A DNA stretch of 32,000 nt from a cyanobacterium endosymbiont of Braarudosphaera bigelowii. Lineage in GTDB: Bacteria > Cyanobacteriota > Cyanobacteriia > Cyanobacteriales > Microcystaceae. Positions 10,126-19,842 of the stretch are shown piece by piece. The stretch spans positions 690,001 through 722,000 of the forward strand of contig NZ_AP024987.1 of assembly GCF_020885515.1 (NCBI RefSeq), in the 5' to 3' direction. Position 1 is the stretch's first letter; the number at the start of each line of letters is the position of its first letter. The notes beneath the pieces were generated by a model. That model was not told the origin of the DNA and made no database searches. It worked only from the letters and a program-made list of their open reading frames with translations. A program made the position numbers and the translations under genes.

Positions 10126-10283
10126 TTTAGTCGTGTACTCTTCATCACAAAATAAGAATTTTTTACTCGATTCTAATTTTCTTCTATAAGTAATATAATC
10201 TGTACAGAATACACGCAAATGACAAAGAATATGTAACAATATTAGTTCCATACAATATTTAGGGCTTAATTTTATAATTATCC

Positions 10284-10649
10284 ATGACTACAACAAACTC
10301 TAATAATCAAAATGATAAAGTACTCAACGCGATGAAAAAGTTTGCTGAACAGTACGCAAAAAGAACAAATACTTATTTTTGTAATGAACCTTCTGTTACA
10401 GCAGTAGTTATCGAAGGGCTTTCTAGGCATAAGGAAAAATTAGGTTCTCCATTATGTCCATGTCGTCACTATGAAGATAAAGTTGCAGAGGTTAAAAACA
10501 CTTATTGGAACTGTCCTTGTGTTCCTATGAGAGAAAGAAAAGAATGCCATTGTATGTTATTCTTAACCCCAGATAATAATTTTGCTGGTAAAGAACAAGA
10601 AATTGATTTAGAATTTATTAAAGAAGTGCGAGAAAGTATGTCAACTTAG
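10284..10649 (+). CDS. ftrC: Ferredoxin-thioredoxin reductase, catalytic (beta) subunit (121 aa)
   Basis: Diagnostic Cys pattern CPCRHY ... CPCVPMRERKECHCMLF (CPC / CPC / CHC 4Fe-4S plus redox-disulfide motifs). The size is typical. Confidence 0.92.
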   Translation: MTTTNSNNQNDKVLNAMKKFAEQYAKRTNTYFCNEPSVTAVVIEGLSRHKEKLGSPLCPCRHYEDKVAEVKNTYWNCPCVPMRERKECHCMLFLTPDNNFAGKEQEIDLEFIKEVRESMST

Positions 10650-10654
10650 CAAAC

Positions 10655-11050
10655 ATGACTACAGAAAACTTTTTGGAAGGAATTAGACAATTCAATAAGC
10701 AAGAATTTTATGCTTGCCATGACACATTAGAGTCTATTTGGATAGAAACAATTGACTTAGATAAATATTTTTATCAAGGTATATTGCAGATATCAGTTGG
10801 TTGTTACCATCTAATAAATAATAATTGGCACGGAGCAGTTACTTCACTAGGAGAAGGAATAAAAAAGCTTCGTAACTATCAGCCAACCTATAAGAATGTT
10901 AACATTTCTCAATTTTTAGAAGAGAGTGAAAATTTATTAATGTATCTTCATAATATAAATCCTGATAGTATTGCTGAAATTTCTATGGTTTTAATATCAA
11001 ATGCTAAAGATTCTCCATATAAATTTCCTTATATTAAGATGCTTTTATAA
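10655..11050 (+). CDS. DUF309 domain protein (131 aa)
   Basis: N-terminal FN.QEFYACHDTLESIW and downstream YQGILQISVGCYH match the DUF309 helical-pair signature (H..LE..W) as I recall it. The ATG lies 5 nt after the ftrC stop. Confidence 0.65.
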   Translation: MTTENFLEGIRQFNKQEFYACHDTLESIWIETIDLDKYFYQGILQISVGCYHLINNNWHGAVTSLGEGIKKLRNYQPTYKNVNISQFLEESENLLMYLHNINPDSIAEISMVLISNAKDSPYKFPYIKMLL

Positions 11051-11402
11051 TACAATATAGAATATTGTATACCTAAGTTTTCCAGTAATCATCTTTTAAA
11101 TAGTAGATTTATAAAATTCTAAAAAATTTGTTTGGAATTTTCTTGACTTTAATGGGTTTATCATTTCTATAGATGGTATTTTAAAAAGCAAGCTTATTAG
11201 TTTTTCTATATTCAACATGGAAAAACTATTTTCTATACATTCTTTACGAGATATGAAAATAATAAGTTGTTGTTTAAAACTCTAAAGTTTCCAGAATACA
11301 GTTTTTTTTTAGTAAGAAATAATTTAATCTATCTTAGAAAATTTGTTTATTTTTAATATGTATTAGTTAATACGATACACTGAAGAAGTTTGATTTCACA
11401 AT

Positions 11403-11843
11403 ATGAACAAAAATAATATGAGAAAAAAACTATATCAAAAAATTATAATAATTTTTTCAGGTTTAGCATTATTTGGTAGTATGACCGTCGCAACTTTTTC
11501 TTTTAGACAATCCTCTCCGTCTTCATTATCAAAATCAAATACAGAAACAATCTATTCTATCGATGAAAGACTATATTCTATTATTCAGGGATATGAAACT
11601 GTTTTAGAAAGAGAACCAAATAATATGACTGCCAAACAGGGCCTAGAAGAAGCTTTAAGAACTTTAGTTGCTACTCAAATACAGGCAAAGAATTTAGACA
11701 AAACTATTCCAATAATGGAAAAGCTAACGACATTGGTACCAGAAAACGATCAATACAAAAACATATTAAAACAAATTAAAAATAATACGAATTCAAATAC
11801 TAAAGTAAAAGATTTAAGTGTATCTGATTCTAGTAACCCTTAA
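11403..11843 (+). CDS. Hypothetical N-terminally anchored protein with a TPR-like helical segment (146 aa)
   Basis: Basic N-terminus plus one hydrophobic helix (IIIIFSGLALFGSMTVATF), then GYETVLEREPNNMTAKQGLEEAL, which resembles short cyanobacterial TPR proteins. Low-complexity N/S-rich tail. Confidence 0.45.
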   Translation: MNKNNMRKKLYQKIIIIFSGLALFGSMTVATFSFRQSSPSSLSKSNTETIYSIDERLYSIIQGYETVLEREPNNMTAKQGLEEALRTLVATQIQAKNLDKTIPIMEKLTTLVPENDQYKNILKQIKNNTNSNTKVKDLSVSDSSNP

Positions 11844-11850
11844 TTTATTG

Positions 11851-12348
11851 TCAAACAATCAGACGTTTAACTATTAAACGTCGATTCGGCTCTTTACCAC
11901 GATTTTCAGCTGTTAAATCATTAAGATTTTTTAAAAACAAATGCACTTCATGACTTTCAGTTAAAGAAAGAGATGTCATTTCAACTTCTTGCCCCGTTTT
12001 ACGCACTTGTTGTATGATTTCCTGAAGAGAAATTTTTAATTCTTCATGGCATCTAGAACGATAGTTATTTAATTCAATTTTAAATTGATATGAATTAGAT
12101 AAATTTACATCATATTTAATGAATGTGTTAATTATATATTCAATAGCATCAATAGACTCTCCCCGTTTTCCTATGAGCTTTAACATATCCTGAGATGTTA
12201 ATTGTTCTTCATTAATGACTAACCAAATCTCATTGATTTTTTCTAGCTCATTTCGTCCATATTCAGCTTTTACGTTTCCTGGAAATCCCATCAATTCTAA
12301 TAGTTTTTCTAACCACTTTTTACCAATTTGTTTTTGTTGTTCTATCAT
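11851..12348 (-). CDS. jag: Jag-like KH/R3H RNA-binding protein (165 aa)
   Basis: Position immediately downstream of yidC. The C-terminus aligns by eye to the Jag R3H domain (..TESHEVHLFLKNLNDLTAENRGKEPNRRLIV versus ..YERRIIHAALQ...TESDGEEPFRHVII), and the N-terminal WLEKLLELMGF is Jag_N-like. Confidence 0.7.
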   Translation of the reverse strand: MIEQQKQIGKKWLEKLLELMGFPGNVKAEYGRNELEKINEIWLVINEEQLTSQDMLKLIGKRGESIDAIEYIINTFIKYDVNLSNSYQFKIELNNYRSRCHEELKISLQEIIQQVRKTGQEVEMTSLSLTESHEVHLFLKNLNDLTAENRGKEPNRRLIVKRLIV

Positions 12349-12493
12349 TACGAAAACTAAATTCTCAGTATTTAATTAATCAGAATTTTTAGAAACTATG
12401 ATAGTCGCATTTCCTATATCTCAGAAAATACTAAAAATTATTTTATATGTTCTTTAGTATTCAACTTTGAAATAGTCAGAATCAAATCATTTT

Positions 12494-12536
12494 ATCATTT
12501 TCTAAAACGTAGCAAAAATACGTTTTAGAAAATGAT
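12494..12536 (-). terminator. Perfect 18-bp stem-loop between yidC and jag
   Basis: ATCATTTTCTAAAACGTA (12494-12511) is the exact reverse complement of TACGTTTTAGAAAATGAT (12519-12536), with a 7-nt loop GCAAAAA. It starts 5 nt after the yidC stop. Confidence 0.45.
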
Positions 12537-12541
12537 GGAAT

Positions 12542-13678
12542 TCAAGAAGTTTTTTCCTTTTTCTTTGAACGTTTTTCAAAAGGCAATGCTTCTCTGGTTA
12601 TTTCTTCCTTTTTTTGTTGTTCTACTAGTTTCTGCAAATTCTCAGGTAATGGTTCTCGCATAAGAATAAGGCTCTGTAACGTCTGAAAAACATTAGCTAC
12701 AACAATATACATTAAAACTCCTGCAGGTAAGGGAAAAAATAAGAACATACCGCTAAATAAAATTGGAGTGATTTTAGTAATTGCTTGTTGCTGCTGTGGG
12801 CCACTACCAGAAGAACCTGACAATTCTTGATTGATATAAATACTGGCACCAAAAAACAATATCATTGCTAGAATATCCCAGTTAATAGTCCCGTCCTCGC
12901 CCATCACACCTACTTGTCCTAGTGCTTTAATAAAAAGGAATCCTTTATTGGCAGCAATACCGGGGATAGTAGCCTTTATACTAATCTCTCCAGGATACAA
13001 AGCTTTAAAAGTTCCATCCTCATAATCTTCCAGTCTTTCTGCACCTTTTATAACTTCAAAAATTGGGTGAATTTTATTATACGAATTTTGAGAAATTAGA
13101 TGTGTAAGTGATTCACCCTGAGTAGTTTTAAATACAATGTTTGATTTTTCACCAATCTCTAATTTATTACCTTTTGGCAACGATGCTATTACAGGAAAAT
13201 GCAAACCATCACTAATATAAATATTATTAGGTTTGGTCTCGAAAGACTGTAAAGTGACTGTTTCTATATGTTCTTTCGGTAAAATTTGAGCATCTAGTGT
13301 ATAGCTGATATCAGCAAAAGGTGATCCTCTCAAAGTTGCAAATAATGCAAAAAGAATGGGCATTTGCAATAAAAGAGGTAAACAACCTGCTAGAGGGTTA
13401 CCAAATTCTTTCATTAGTTTTCCCATTTCTTCTTGTTGCTTTGCAGAATCGTCTTTGTAACGGCGTTGAATTTCCTCTTGCCTTTCTTTCATTAATGGCT
13501 GAGTAATTTTCATTTTTCGCATATTACGAATCTGCCCTGCACTTAAGGGATACAAAGCTAAACGAATTACTAAGGTCAAAGCAATAATTGAAAAACCATA
13601 ACTAGGCACAATCCCATAAAAAAAATCTAGGATTGGTAGCATAATATTTGTAGAAATAAATCCGATCCCAAAATCCAT
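12542..13678 (-). CDS. yidC: Membrane protein insertase YidC/Oxa1/Alb3 family (378 aa)
   Basis: Conserved core LALYPLS..Q..NMRKM..IQP....IQ..YKDD......EM..L....[16 protein letters not shown], a C-terminal TM bundle and a basic tail. Synteny with rnpA/rpmH/jag. Confidence 0.92.
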   Translation of the reverse strand: MDFGIGFISTNIMLPILDFFYGIVPSYGFSIIALTLVIRLALYPLSAGQIRNMRKMKITQPLMKERQEEIQRRYKDDSAKQQEEMGKLMKEFGNPLAGCLPLLLQMPILFALFATLRGSPFADISYTLDAQILPKEHIETVTLQSFETKPNNIYISDGLHFPVIASLPKGNKLEIGEKSNIVFKTTQGESLTHLISQNSYNKIHPIFEVIKGAERLEDYEDGTFKALYPGEISIKATIPGIAANKGFLFIKALGQVGVMGEDGTINWDILAMILFFGASIYINQELSGSSGSGPQQQQAITKITPILFSGMFLFFPLPAGVLMYIVVANVFQTLQSLILMREPLPENLQKLVEQQKKEEITREALPFEKRSKKKEKTS

Positions 13679-14095
13679 TCTTCTTAATCCAAATTATTTT
13701 TCTAAAAGGTGATCTCTTTATATAGACTCTATATTAAAGTGAAAAGGTATAGTAACTAAAAGTTATCTCGTCTTACTTTTAATTTCAGAAGTTATTTAAG
13801 AATAATTATTCAAAATATTTTAGTTTATAACTTTAATATTTCTAAAATATAGGAAAAAATGTAAATAACTATTACATTTATGCGTAACAGAATAAGATTA
13901 TCATATCAACTAGCTACATGAGTAATCAGTGTTAACTTCATTCAAAATAATTACAGTTCATAAGTGATAAAATTTCTTACTCTTTCAAACTAATAGTATA
14001 TTTTAATTTTCTAAATAGTTGAATTTAAATAAATTATGACTAATCCTGATGAAATTCTATTTCATCATGACAACATTCTAAAAAATGCAAATTTT

Positions 14096-14461
14096 CTAGT
14101 AACCGTGAACAATTTTTGCATTAATCAATAATTCTTTTATTTCCCTTAAAAGAATGCTGTATTGGCATCCTTGAATCTGTTTTTTGACTACTATAACAAT
14201 TTGATACCCTGAGACAATTTTAGGTAAAAAAACACGGATTACCGATTTAATCTGCCGTTTTAAATAGTTGCGAACTATTGCCTTTTTACTGATTTTTTGG
14301 CTAATAGAAATACCAAATTGCGTTGGTATTATTTGACAATTTTTATTGATACCAAAAAGTGAGTGCATTACGAGTTGAGAACTATAGTAGCGTTCTCCTT
14401 TCTTGTAAACAGACTGGAATGACTTATGATGCCTAAGGCGATTATTTTTAGGTAATCCCAC
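14096..14461 (-). CDS. rnpA: Ribonuclease P protein component (121 aa from GTG)
   Basis: The GTG at 14461 gives MGLPKNNRLRHHKSFQSVYKKG, the usual cyanobacterial RnpA N-terminus. The basic RNR-like region is KKAIVRNYLKRQIK. The track start at 14473 is a TTG four codons upstream (possible alternative). Lies directly downstream of rpmH. Confidence 0.85.
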   Translation of the reverse strand: MGLPKNNRLRHHKSFQSVYKKGERYYSSQLVMHSLFGINKNCQIIPTQFGISISQKISKKAIVRNYLKRQIKSVIRVFLPKIVSGYQIVIVVKKQIQGCQYSILLREIKELLINAKIVHGY

Positions 14462-14504
14462 TTTTCCCCACAATTACTTAAATAGCCAGGATAGCACTTT
14501 TGTT

Positions 14505-14642
14505 CTAGACAGATAAGCGATATCTTCCTCTTTTTCGTCTTGCTTGAATGACCTTACGTCCATTGTGATCTCTCATACGTGCCCGAAAACCGGATGTTCT
14601 TTTCTGTTTTCGGTTAGTCCCCCCTAGTGTCCGTTGGGTCAC
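14505..14642 (-). CDS. rpmH: 50S ribosomal protein L34 (45 aa), absent from the ORF track
   Basis: Manual translation of the minus strand: (GTG)[48 protein letters not shown], a textbook L34 sequence. GGAGGA lies 8 nt upstream of the GTG start. Precedes rnpA as in most bacteria. Confidence 0.92.
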   Translation of the reverse strand: MTQRTLGGTNRKQKRTSGFRARMRDHNGRKVIQARRKRGRYRLSV

Positions 14643-14955
14643 AAGCTCATTCCTCCAATAATACTTTTTTAATTTAATATTATAAATACACAGAAGTACA
14701 TCATAACAAAATAAAAGGTAAATAGCAAATTCTATTCTTTCTAGATGTAATGTACTGTTGTCGTGATTATCACATAAATTTTTCTAAAAAACTGATTAGG
14801 TAATAACTAAATTTAATTTATAACAAATAATCATAAATAATTTTTACGCATTGCTCATATTACCGTGACTAACTTGCTTTAAGTAAATAAAAACTTAGTA
14901 AGTTGATAAATGTTTTACATATACTGGGTGTTCAAATTTCGTAATAAACGTTATT

Positions 14956-15708
14956 TTAGAGTTTACCAAATCTTCTTTGTCGATGTTGATATTCTAATAA
15001 AGCTTCATAAAAACTTTGACATGTAAAGTCTGGCCAGAGAGTTGAAGTAACATAAATTTCTGCATAGGCTAATTGCCATAATAAAAAGTTACTTAAGCGC
15101 ATTTCTCCACTAGTACGAATTAATAAATCAGGATGGGGAATATCTTTAGTATATAGATAATTTTCAAACAGAGTTTCATTAATATCGTTTACATCAAGTA
15201 AACCTTGCTTTACCTTTGTTGCAATCGTTTGACAACTTTGAATAATTTCCTGACGTCCTCCGTAATTGGTCGCTATTGTAAATTGCACTCCTGTATTATT
15301 TTCCGTATTTTTCATTGAACGAAAAATTTCTGATTGTAAAGATGGAGGTAATTCTTCTAAGTTTCCAACAAAACGTATTTTTACATTTTCATTCATCATC
15401 TCTTCTAGTTCTCTATGTAATACTGTTTCAAAAAGAGCCATTAAAAATTCTACTTCTTGAAGAGGTCTTCCCCAATTTTCAGTTGAAAAAGCATAAGCTG
15501 TTAGAGCAGGAATTCCTAGATCTCTACAATAACGAAGTAAATCTTTAAGAGTTCCTACTCCCCTTTGATGTCCTACAATTCGAGGAAGTCCACGATGCTT
15601 CGCCCAGCGTCCATTGCCATCCATTATCACGGCAATATGGCCTGGGAGACGGTTTTGATCAAGATCAGTTGGTAAATTCTTTAACACAATAGATTGCTTA
15701 ACAGTCAT
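14956..15708 (-). CDS. uppS: Undecaprenyl (isoprenyl) diphosphate synthase (250 aa)
   Basis: [47 protein letters not shown], and the terminal RFG motif. Confidence 0.95.
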   Translation of the reverse strand: MTVKQSIVLKNLPTDLDQNRLPGHIAVIMDGNGRWAKHRGLPRIVGHQRGVGTLKDLLRYCRDLGIPALTAYAFSTENWGRPLQEVEFLMALFETVLHRELEEMMNENVKIRFVGNLEELPPSLQSEIFRSMKNTENNTGVQFTIATNYGGRQEIIQSCQTIATKVKQGLLDVNDINETLFENYLYTKDIPHPDLLIRTSGEMRLSNFLLWQLAYAEIYVTSTLWPDFTCQSFYEALLEYQHRQRRFGKL

Positions 15709-16619
15709 TTCTTCTCTTCCGGTGAGTTCGATGACGAAATATTAAAAGTTCGTTTGAAAAAAAGTTTTCCTTGTAAGTCAATAGTATGCTTTAAAACATC
15801 CCAGCCAGGAGTTACAGAATCGCTATCAACGATTAGAGAGAAGCGCTGTTTCAATAACTCTTTTAATCTACTATTAGTTAGGGGACGGTCTAAAACTCCC
15901 TTCTCAGCTAAAGATATTGAACCTGTCTCTTCAGAAACTACTATACAAAGACACTGATCAATATTTTCAGTGATTCCTATAGCAGCACGATGCCGAGTTC
16001 CTAGCTGACGTGAAAATGTTTTATCAGACAATGGTAGAATAACCCCTGCAGAAATTATTCTAGAACCACGAATAAAGACAGCTCCATCATGAAGTAAAGT
16101 CTTGGGCTGAAAAATTGTTTGTAACAAGGCCTTAGAAATTTCTCCATTGACTATTACCCCAGGATCAACAAAAACTCTAGTATCAATAGATGCTTCTGTC
16201 TCAATAACAATTAATGCTCCTGTTCTATTTTGAGATAATTCTCGTACTGCTTCTACCAGTTCATCCACTATATTGCCTGGCTTAGGTATTGGTCTTCTTT
16301 GTTTAAATAATTGTAGTATTTTTCCTCTTCCTAGTAACTCTAGAAATCTTCGAAATTCTCCCTGAAAAATGACAGCCATGGATACTGCTGCTCCTAAAAC
16401 TAATTTTTCCAATACGAATTTCAACAGTGTTAATTGAAGCTTTTCGCTAATCACTGTTACTAACATTAAAATAATTAGCCCCCGAACCATCCATAAGGTA
16501 CGACGTTCACCAATAGCAAAAAGCATCAAATAGGTTAACAACAGCATCAAACTAGTATCGATGCCGCTATAAATCAACCCTGAGGTTATCCAGTGCTGAC
16601 TAGGAGGCTCACCTAACAT
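15705..16619 (-). CDS. cdaA: Diadenylate cyclase CdaA (c-di-AMP synthase, membrane-anchored DisA_N domain)
   Basis: Three N-terminal TM helices, then DAC motifs [15 protein letters not shown] and (H)RAAIGITE..D....VVSEETG.ISLA. I prefer the ATG at 16619; the track start at 16634 is a TTG five codons upstream. The stop overlaps the uppS start (ATGA). Confidence 0.87.
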   Translation of the reverse strand: MLGEPPSQHWITSGLIYSGIDTSLMLLLTYLMLFAIGERRTLWMVRGLIILMLVTVISEKLQLTLLKFVLEKLVLGAAVSMAVIFQGEFRRFLELLGRGKILQLFKQRRPIPKPGNIVDELVEAVRELSQNRTGALIVIETEASIDTRVFVDPGVIVNGEISKALLQTIFQPKTLLHDGAVFIRGSRIISAGVILPLSDKTFSRQLGTRHRAAIGITENIDQCLCIVVSEETGSISLAEKGVLDRPLTNSRLKELLKQRFSLIVDSDSVTPGWDVLKHTIDLQGKLFFKRTFNISSSNSPEEKK

Positions 16620-16663
16620 GATGTAAAATGACAAGATGGATGATTAATAAGAACAGAAATAAA

Positions 16664-18100
16664 TTATAGAAGGCAATCAGGCAGGAGCCTCTGGGGTAAA
16701 CAGTCTTGTCTAACTAGATCGTCATAAGTTTCCCGTCGTACAATCAAACTAGCTTCTCCATGATTAACTAAGACTGCAGCCGGACGTGGTATGCGATTAT
16801 AGTTCGAGGCCATACTATAGTTATATGCTCCTGTTCCCATTACTACTAGAATATCTCCTGTACGAGTTTGAGGCAACTGAGCATCTTTGATTATTATATC
16901 TCCAGATTCGCAATGTTTTCCGGCAATAGTAAATGTTTCAGTAATTTTTTTTGACATTTTATTGCCTATAAGAACACTATAAAGTGATTTATAAGTAATG
17001 GGACGAGGATTGTCAGACATTCCTCCATCTATGGCAAGGTAAGTACATAGACCAGGAATCTCTTTACGACTACCTATGGTATAAGCAGTTATACAAGCAG
17101 AACCTATTAATGATCGACCAGGTTCTGCTATTAGTTTTGGAAATGATAGGTTGTTTTCCATACAAGCCTCCATGACTGACTCACTAACAGTTTTAACCCA
17201 TTCTTCAATACTTGGAGGATCATCACTATGAGTATAAGAAATACCCAATCCTCCTCCAATATTTAATTCAGACAGGATCAACCCTAACTCTTGAGCTTTC
17301 TTAAACCATTTGACCAAAATAAAAGCAAGATCATGATGTGGTTGTTTTTCAAAAATTTGAGATCCTATATGAGAATGTAGGCCTAGACAATCTAAAACTT
17401 TTTGTTTAATGACATAGTTAATAACAGCCTCAAAATCATTTAAACTAAATCCAAACTTACTATCTAAATGTCCTGTCTTTATATATTCATGAGTATGGCA
17501 TTCAATTTCTGGAGTTAATCTTAGTAGAATACGAATAGATTTTTCTGGTAAGTCATTGCCAAGCTTTACTAAACTTTGGAGCTCTAACCAATTGTCTACA
17601 ACTATGTTGCAGTTGGAATTTATGGCCAGACGTAATTCGTCTAAAGATTTATTATTACCATGAAAATAAATTTTATTAGCTATTTCTAGCTTAGAATATC
17701 CTAGCTTTGACATTGCTATTTGAGCAGTATAAAGCTCTCCACCTGAAACAACATCAAAACCTAAGTTTTCAGTCGCGATAACTCCAATTACTGAGAGGCA
17801 ACTCCAAGCTTTTGAAGCATAAATCACTTGAGATGGGCCTTCGTAATAAAGATTAAAACTATCTCGATATTGTCTGCAAGAAGTTCTTAATGTTATTTCA
17901 TCAAGAACATATAAGGGGGAACCAAATTGCTCTACTAAATTCTTAATATTACACTCACCGATTTCTAAGTAATCATTGTTTACTACTTTAGATGTTAATG
18001 GTAACAAGCAGTGATTGGATGATTTTTGTAAAATTTTATTAGTATATTTCGATATATAGTCTTGCCCTGTACGGAAAATATATTTTGGTTCTAATGCCAT
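16664..18100 (-). CDS. lysA: Diaminopimelate decarboxylase (478 aa from ATG 18100)
   Basis: Orn/DAP/Arg decarboxylase fold-type III motifs: YASKAW (PLP Lys), HSHIGSQI, GGGLGI, EPGRS, CESGD. The track start at 18172 is a TTG with an AT-rich 24-codon extension; the ATG at 18100 (MALEPKY..) is more plausible. Confidence 0.9.
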   Translation of the reverse strand: MALEPKYIFRTGQDYISKYTNKILQKSSNHCLLPLTSKVVNNDYLEIGECNIKNLVEQFGSPLYVLDEITLRTSCRQYRDSFNLYYEGPSQVIYASKAWSCLSVIGVIATENLGFDVVSGGELYTAQIAMSKLGYSKLEIANKIYFHGNNKSLDELRLAINSNCNIVVDNWLELQSLVKLGNDLPEKSIRILLRLTPEIECHTHEYIKTGHLDSKFGFSLNDFEAVINYVIKQKVLDCLGLHSHIGSQIFEKQPHHDLAFILVKWFKKAQELGLILSELNIGGGLGISYTHSDDPPSIEEWVKTVSESVMEACMENNLSFPKLIAEPGRSLIGSACITAYTIGSRKEIPGLCTYLAIDGGMSDNPRPITYKSLYSVLIGNKMSKKITETFTIAGKHCESGDIIIKDAQLPQTRTGDILVVMGTGAYNYSMASNYNRIPRPAAVLVNHGEASLIVRRETYDDLVRQDCLPQRLLPDCLL

Positions 18101-18448
18101 AATTTCCTGACCTTGAGTAATTTGGGTACTAAAATAATTAAAGAATTTAAAGTCTATTTTAAAATTATCCAAATATCATTTAAAGGTTATATTAAACATC
18201 ATACTATGGCTTTTTCTATATTAATACTTAGATTGAGAGTAATTAACAATAATTCTATAACTTCAAGCACAAAATATATTACAAGCAGCTTTGTACATAA
18301 CAGTTTATGATGTTTGTTATTTTCGTGTCGTATTTAAATAAAACTTTTAATTTTTTTGATCTAGCAGAGGCTACAGACAATATTCATCACTAATTTTGAG
18401 TACTATTATTATTTCTTAAAATTAATAGCTAATATTGATTTTAATCAT

Positions 18449-18493
18449 ATTAGGTTTAAGGCTGAAATTATATATTACAGTCTTAAACCTAAT
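18449..18493 (-). terminator. Candidate terminator hairpin downstream of rpsA
   Basis: ATTAGGTTTAAG (18449-18460) pairs with CTTAAACCTAAT (18482-18493). It is extendable by 3 bp after one mismatch. About 50 nt 3' of the rpsA stop. No U-tract. Confidence 0.35.
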
Positions 18494-18545
18494 CCAATTC
18501 AAAGAGAAAAAGTATTTTACTCAATTAAGTATCAATATAGATAAT

Positions 18546-19562
18546 TTATTCTTCAGAAACATCCGTAGTAGCAACTATTTCTTCTTGAGCTTCATCTACA
18601 TCTAATGCAGAAGGGATATTTTCTATTATACTTTCTCCTTCTTCAGGTATTTCTCTACCTTCCGCCTCTGCAAGAAGCTTTTGACGATACTTCTCAGCCA
18701 TTTCTTCTGCTTTTTCAAACACCACATCTCGATTTTTCAACATATCCCCAGGCTCAGGTTCAAGCTGTTTTGTCGACAAGGATATTCTTCCTCTTTCAGC
18801 ATCAAGATCAATAATCATAACTTTCAATTCGTCGTTAACTCCGAAAACACTGTGAGGAGTGTCAATATGGTCATGAGAAATTTCAGAGATATGTAAGAGT
18901 CCGCTAACTCCTCCTATATCAATAAAAGCACCATAAGGTTTAATTCCACGAACAGAACCAATAACAACCTGTCCTACTTCTAAACCGTTCATTTTACGTT
19001 CAACTAATGCACGACGATGGCTAAGAACTAGACGGTTTCTTTCTTCGTCAACTTCAAGGAATTTTAAAGGTAATTCTTCCCCAACCAAATCTTCTTTGGC
19101 TTCACGAGTACTTATATGAGACCCTGGTATAAAACCTCGCAATCCCTCAATTCTTACAAGGGCACCTCCTCGGTTTGTCGCAAAAACATTAGAGCGTACA
19201 GTTGCGTCTTCTTCTCTTAATTGACGTACTCTTTCCCAAGCTCGCATATACTCGATACGTCTAATAGACAAGGTTAATTGTCCATCTTCGTTTTCATCAG
19301 TTAAAATGAAGAACTCTCTTGTCTCATTTGGTTGAAGAACTTCGTCAGGGTCATCTACTCGGTTGATTGACATTTCCTGAATAGGAATATAAGCTGCAGT
19401 TTTTGCTCCAATGTCAATTAGTGCACCTCTTGGCTCCATACTGAAAACAGTACCAGGGACAATGTCTCCGGGACTGAAATGATAGTCATATTTATCAAGA
19501 AGTGCGGCGAAATCTTCGTGGGTAAAACCAATATCGTTAATTGTTGCTTTCTGATCTACCAT
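18546..19562 (-). CDS. rpsA: 30S ribosomal protein S1 (short cyanobacterial/plastid form, 338 aa)
   Basis: Three S1 (OB) repeats (GDIVPGTVFS.., ..VRSNVFATNRGGALVRIEGLRGFIP.SH.., GQVVIGSVRGIKPYGAFIDIGGVSGLLHISE..) and an acidic C-terminal tail. AGGAAG SD. Confidence 0.92.
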   Translation of the reverse strand: MVDQKATINDIGFTHEDFAALLDKYDYHFSPGDIVPGTVFSMEPRGALIDIGAKTAAYIPIQEMSINRVDDPDEVLQPNETREFFILTDENEDGQLTLSIRRIEYMRAWERVRQLREEDATVRSNVFATNRGGALVRIEGLRGFIPGSHISTREAKEDLVGEELPLKFLEVDEERNRLVLSHRRALVERKMNGLEVGQVVIGSVRGIKPYGAFIDIGGVSGLLHISEISHDHIDTPHSVFGVNDELKVMIIDLDAERGRISLSTKQLEPEPGDMLKNRDVVFEKAEEMAEKYRQKLLAEAEGREIPEEGESIIENIPSALDVDEAQEEIVATTDVSEE

Positions 19563-19842
19563 GTATTTTCATCTTCCTATATCTAAATCTTTGATAATTA
19601 ATAATGCCTCCTGTTGATACATGTTTTCTAATTCTTGGGTATTTACCAAAAAAGTTATACCTTAATTGAATTAGTTACCATAAAAAATATTCTTCTTAAA
19701 TTTGAGATAACAAGAATAAATCTAAAAGATTGATTTATTATTTTGTCAATCAGTAGCAGGGTGCAGACTCTTCATCATATCACCATTTATTATAACTTAT
19801 ATTAATTATGATGTTAATTCGCCAAGAAAAATTTAGATGAAA

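Noticed and set aside
11061-11300. Similar ~18-mers CTAAGTTTTCCAGTAATC (11063) and CTAAAGTTTCCAGAATAC (11282)
   Set aside because: The match is imperfect and needs an indel, there are only two copies, and it is of a size expected by chance in AT-rich sequence.
18101-18172. TTG-initiated 24-codon extension of lysA (and similar TTG extensions of cdaA at 16634 and rnpA at 14473)
   Set aside because: The track treats TTG as a start. The extensions are low-complexity AT-rich sequence, and better ATG/GTG starts give N-termini matching the families. They remain possible alternatives.
4421-19817. Decamer TGATGTTAAT occurring three times in spacers (4421, 5675, 19808), plus related AATGTTAATA in the two large palindromes
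   Set aside because: It is short and AT-rich, was noticed post hoc, and has no consistent orientation or distance relative to genes. My rough expectation is ~0.1-0.3 copies, so it is mildly enriched but not convincing without a genome-wide count.
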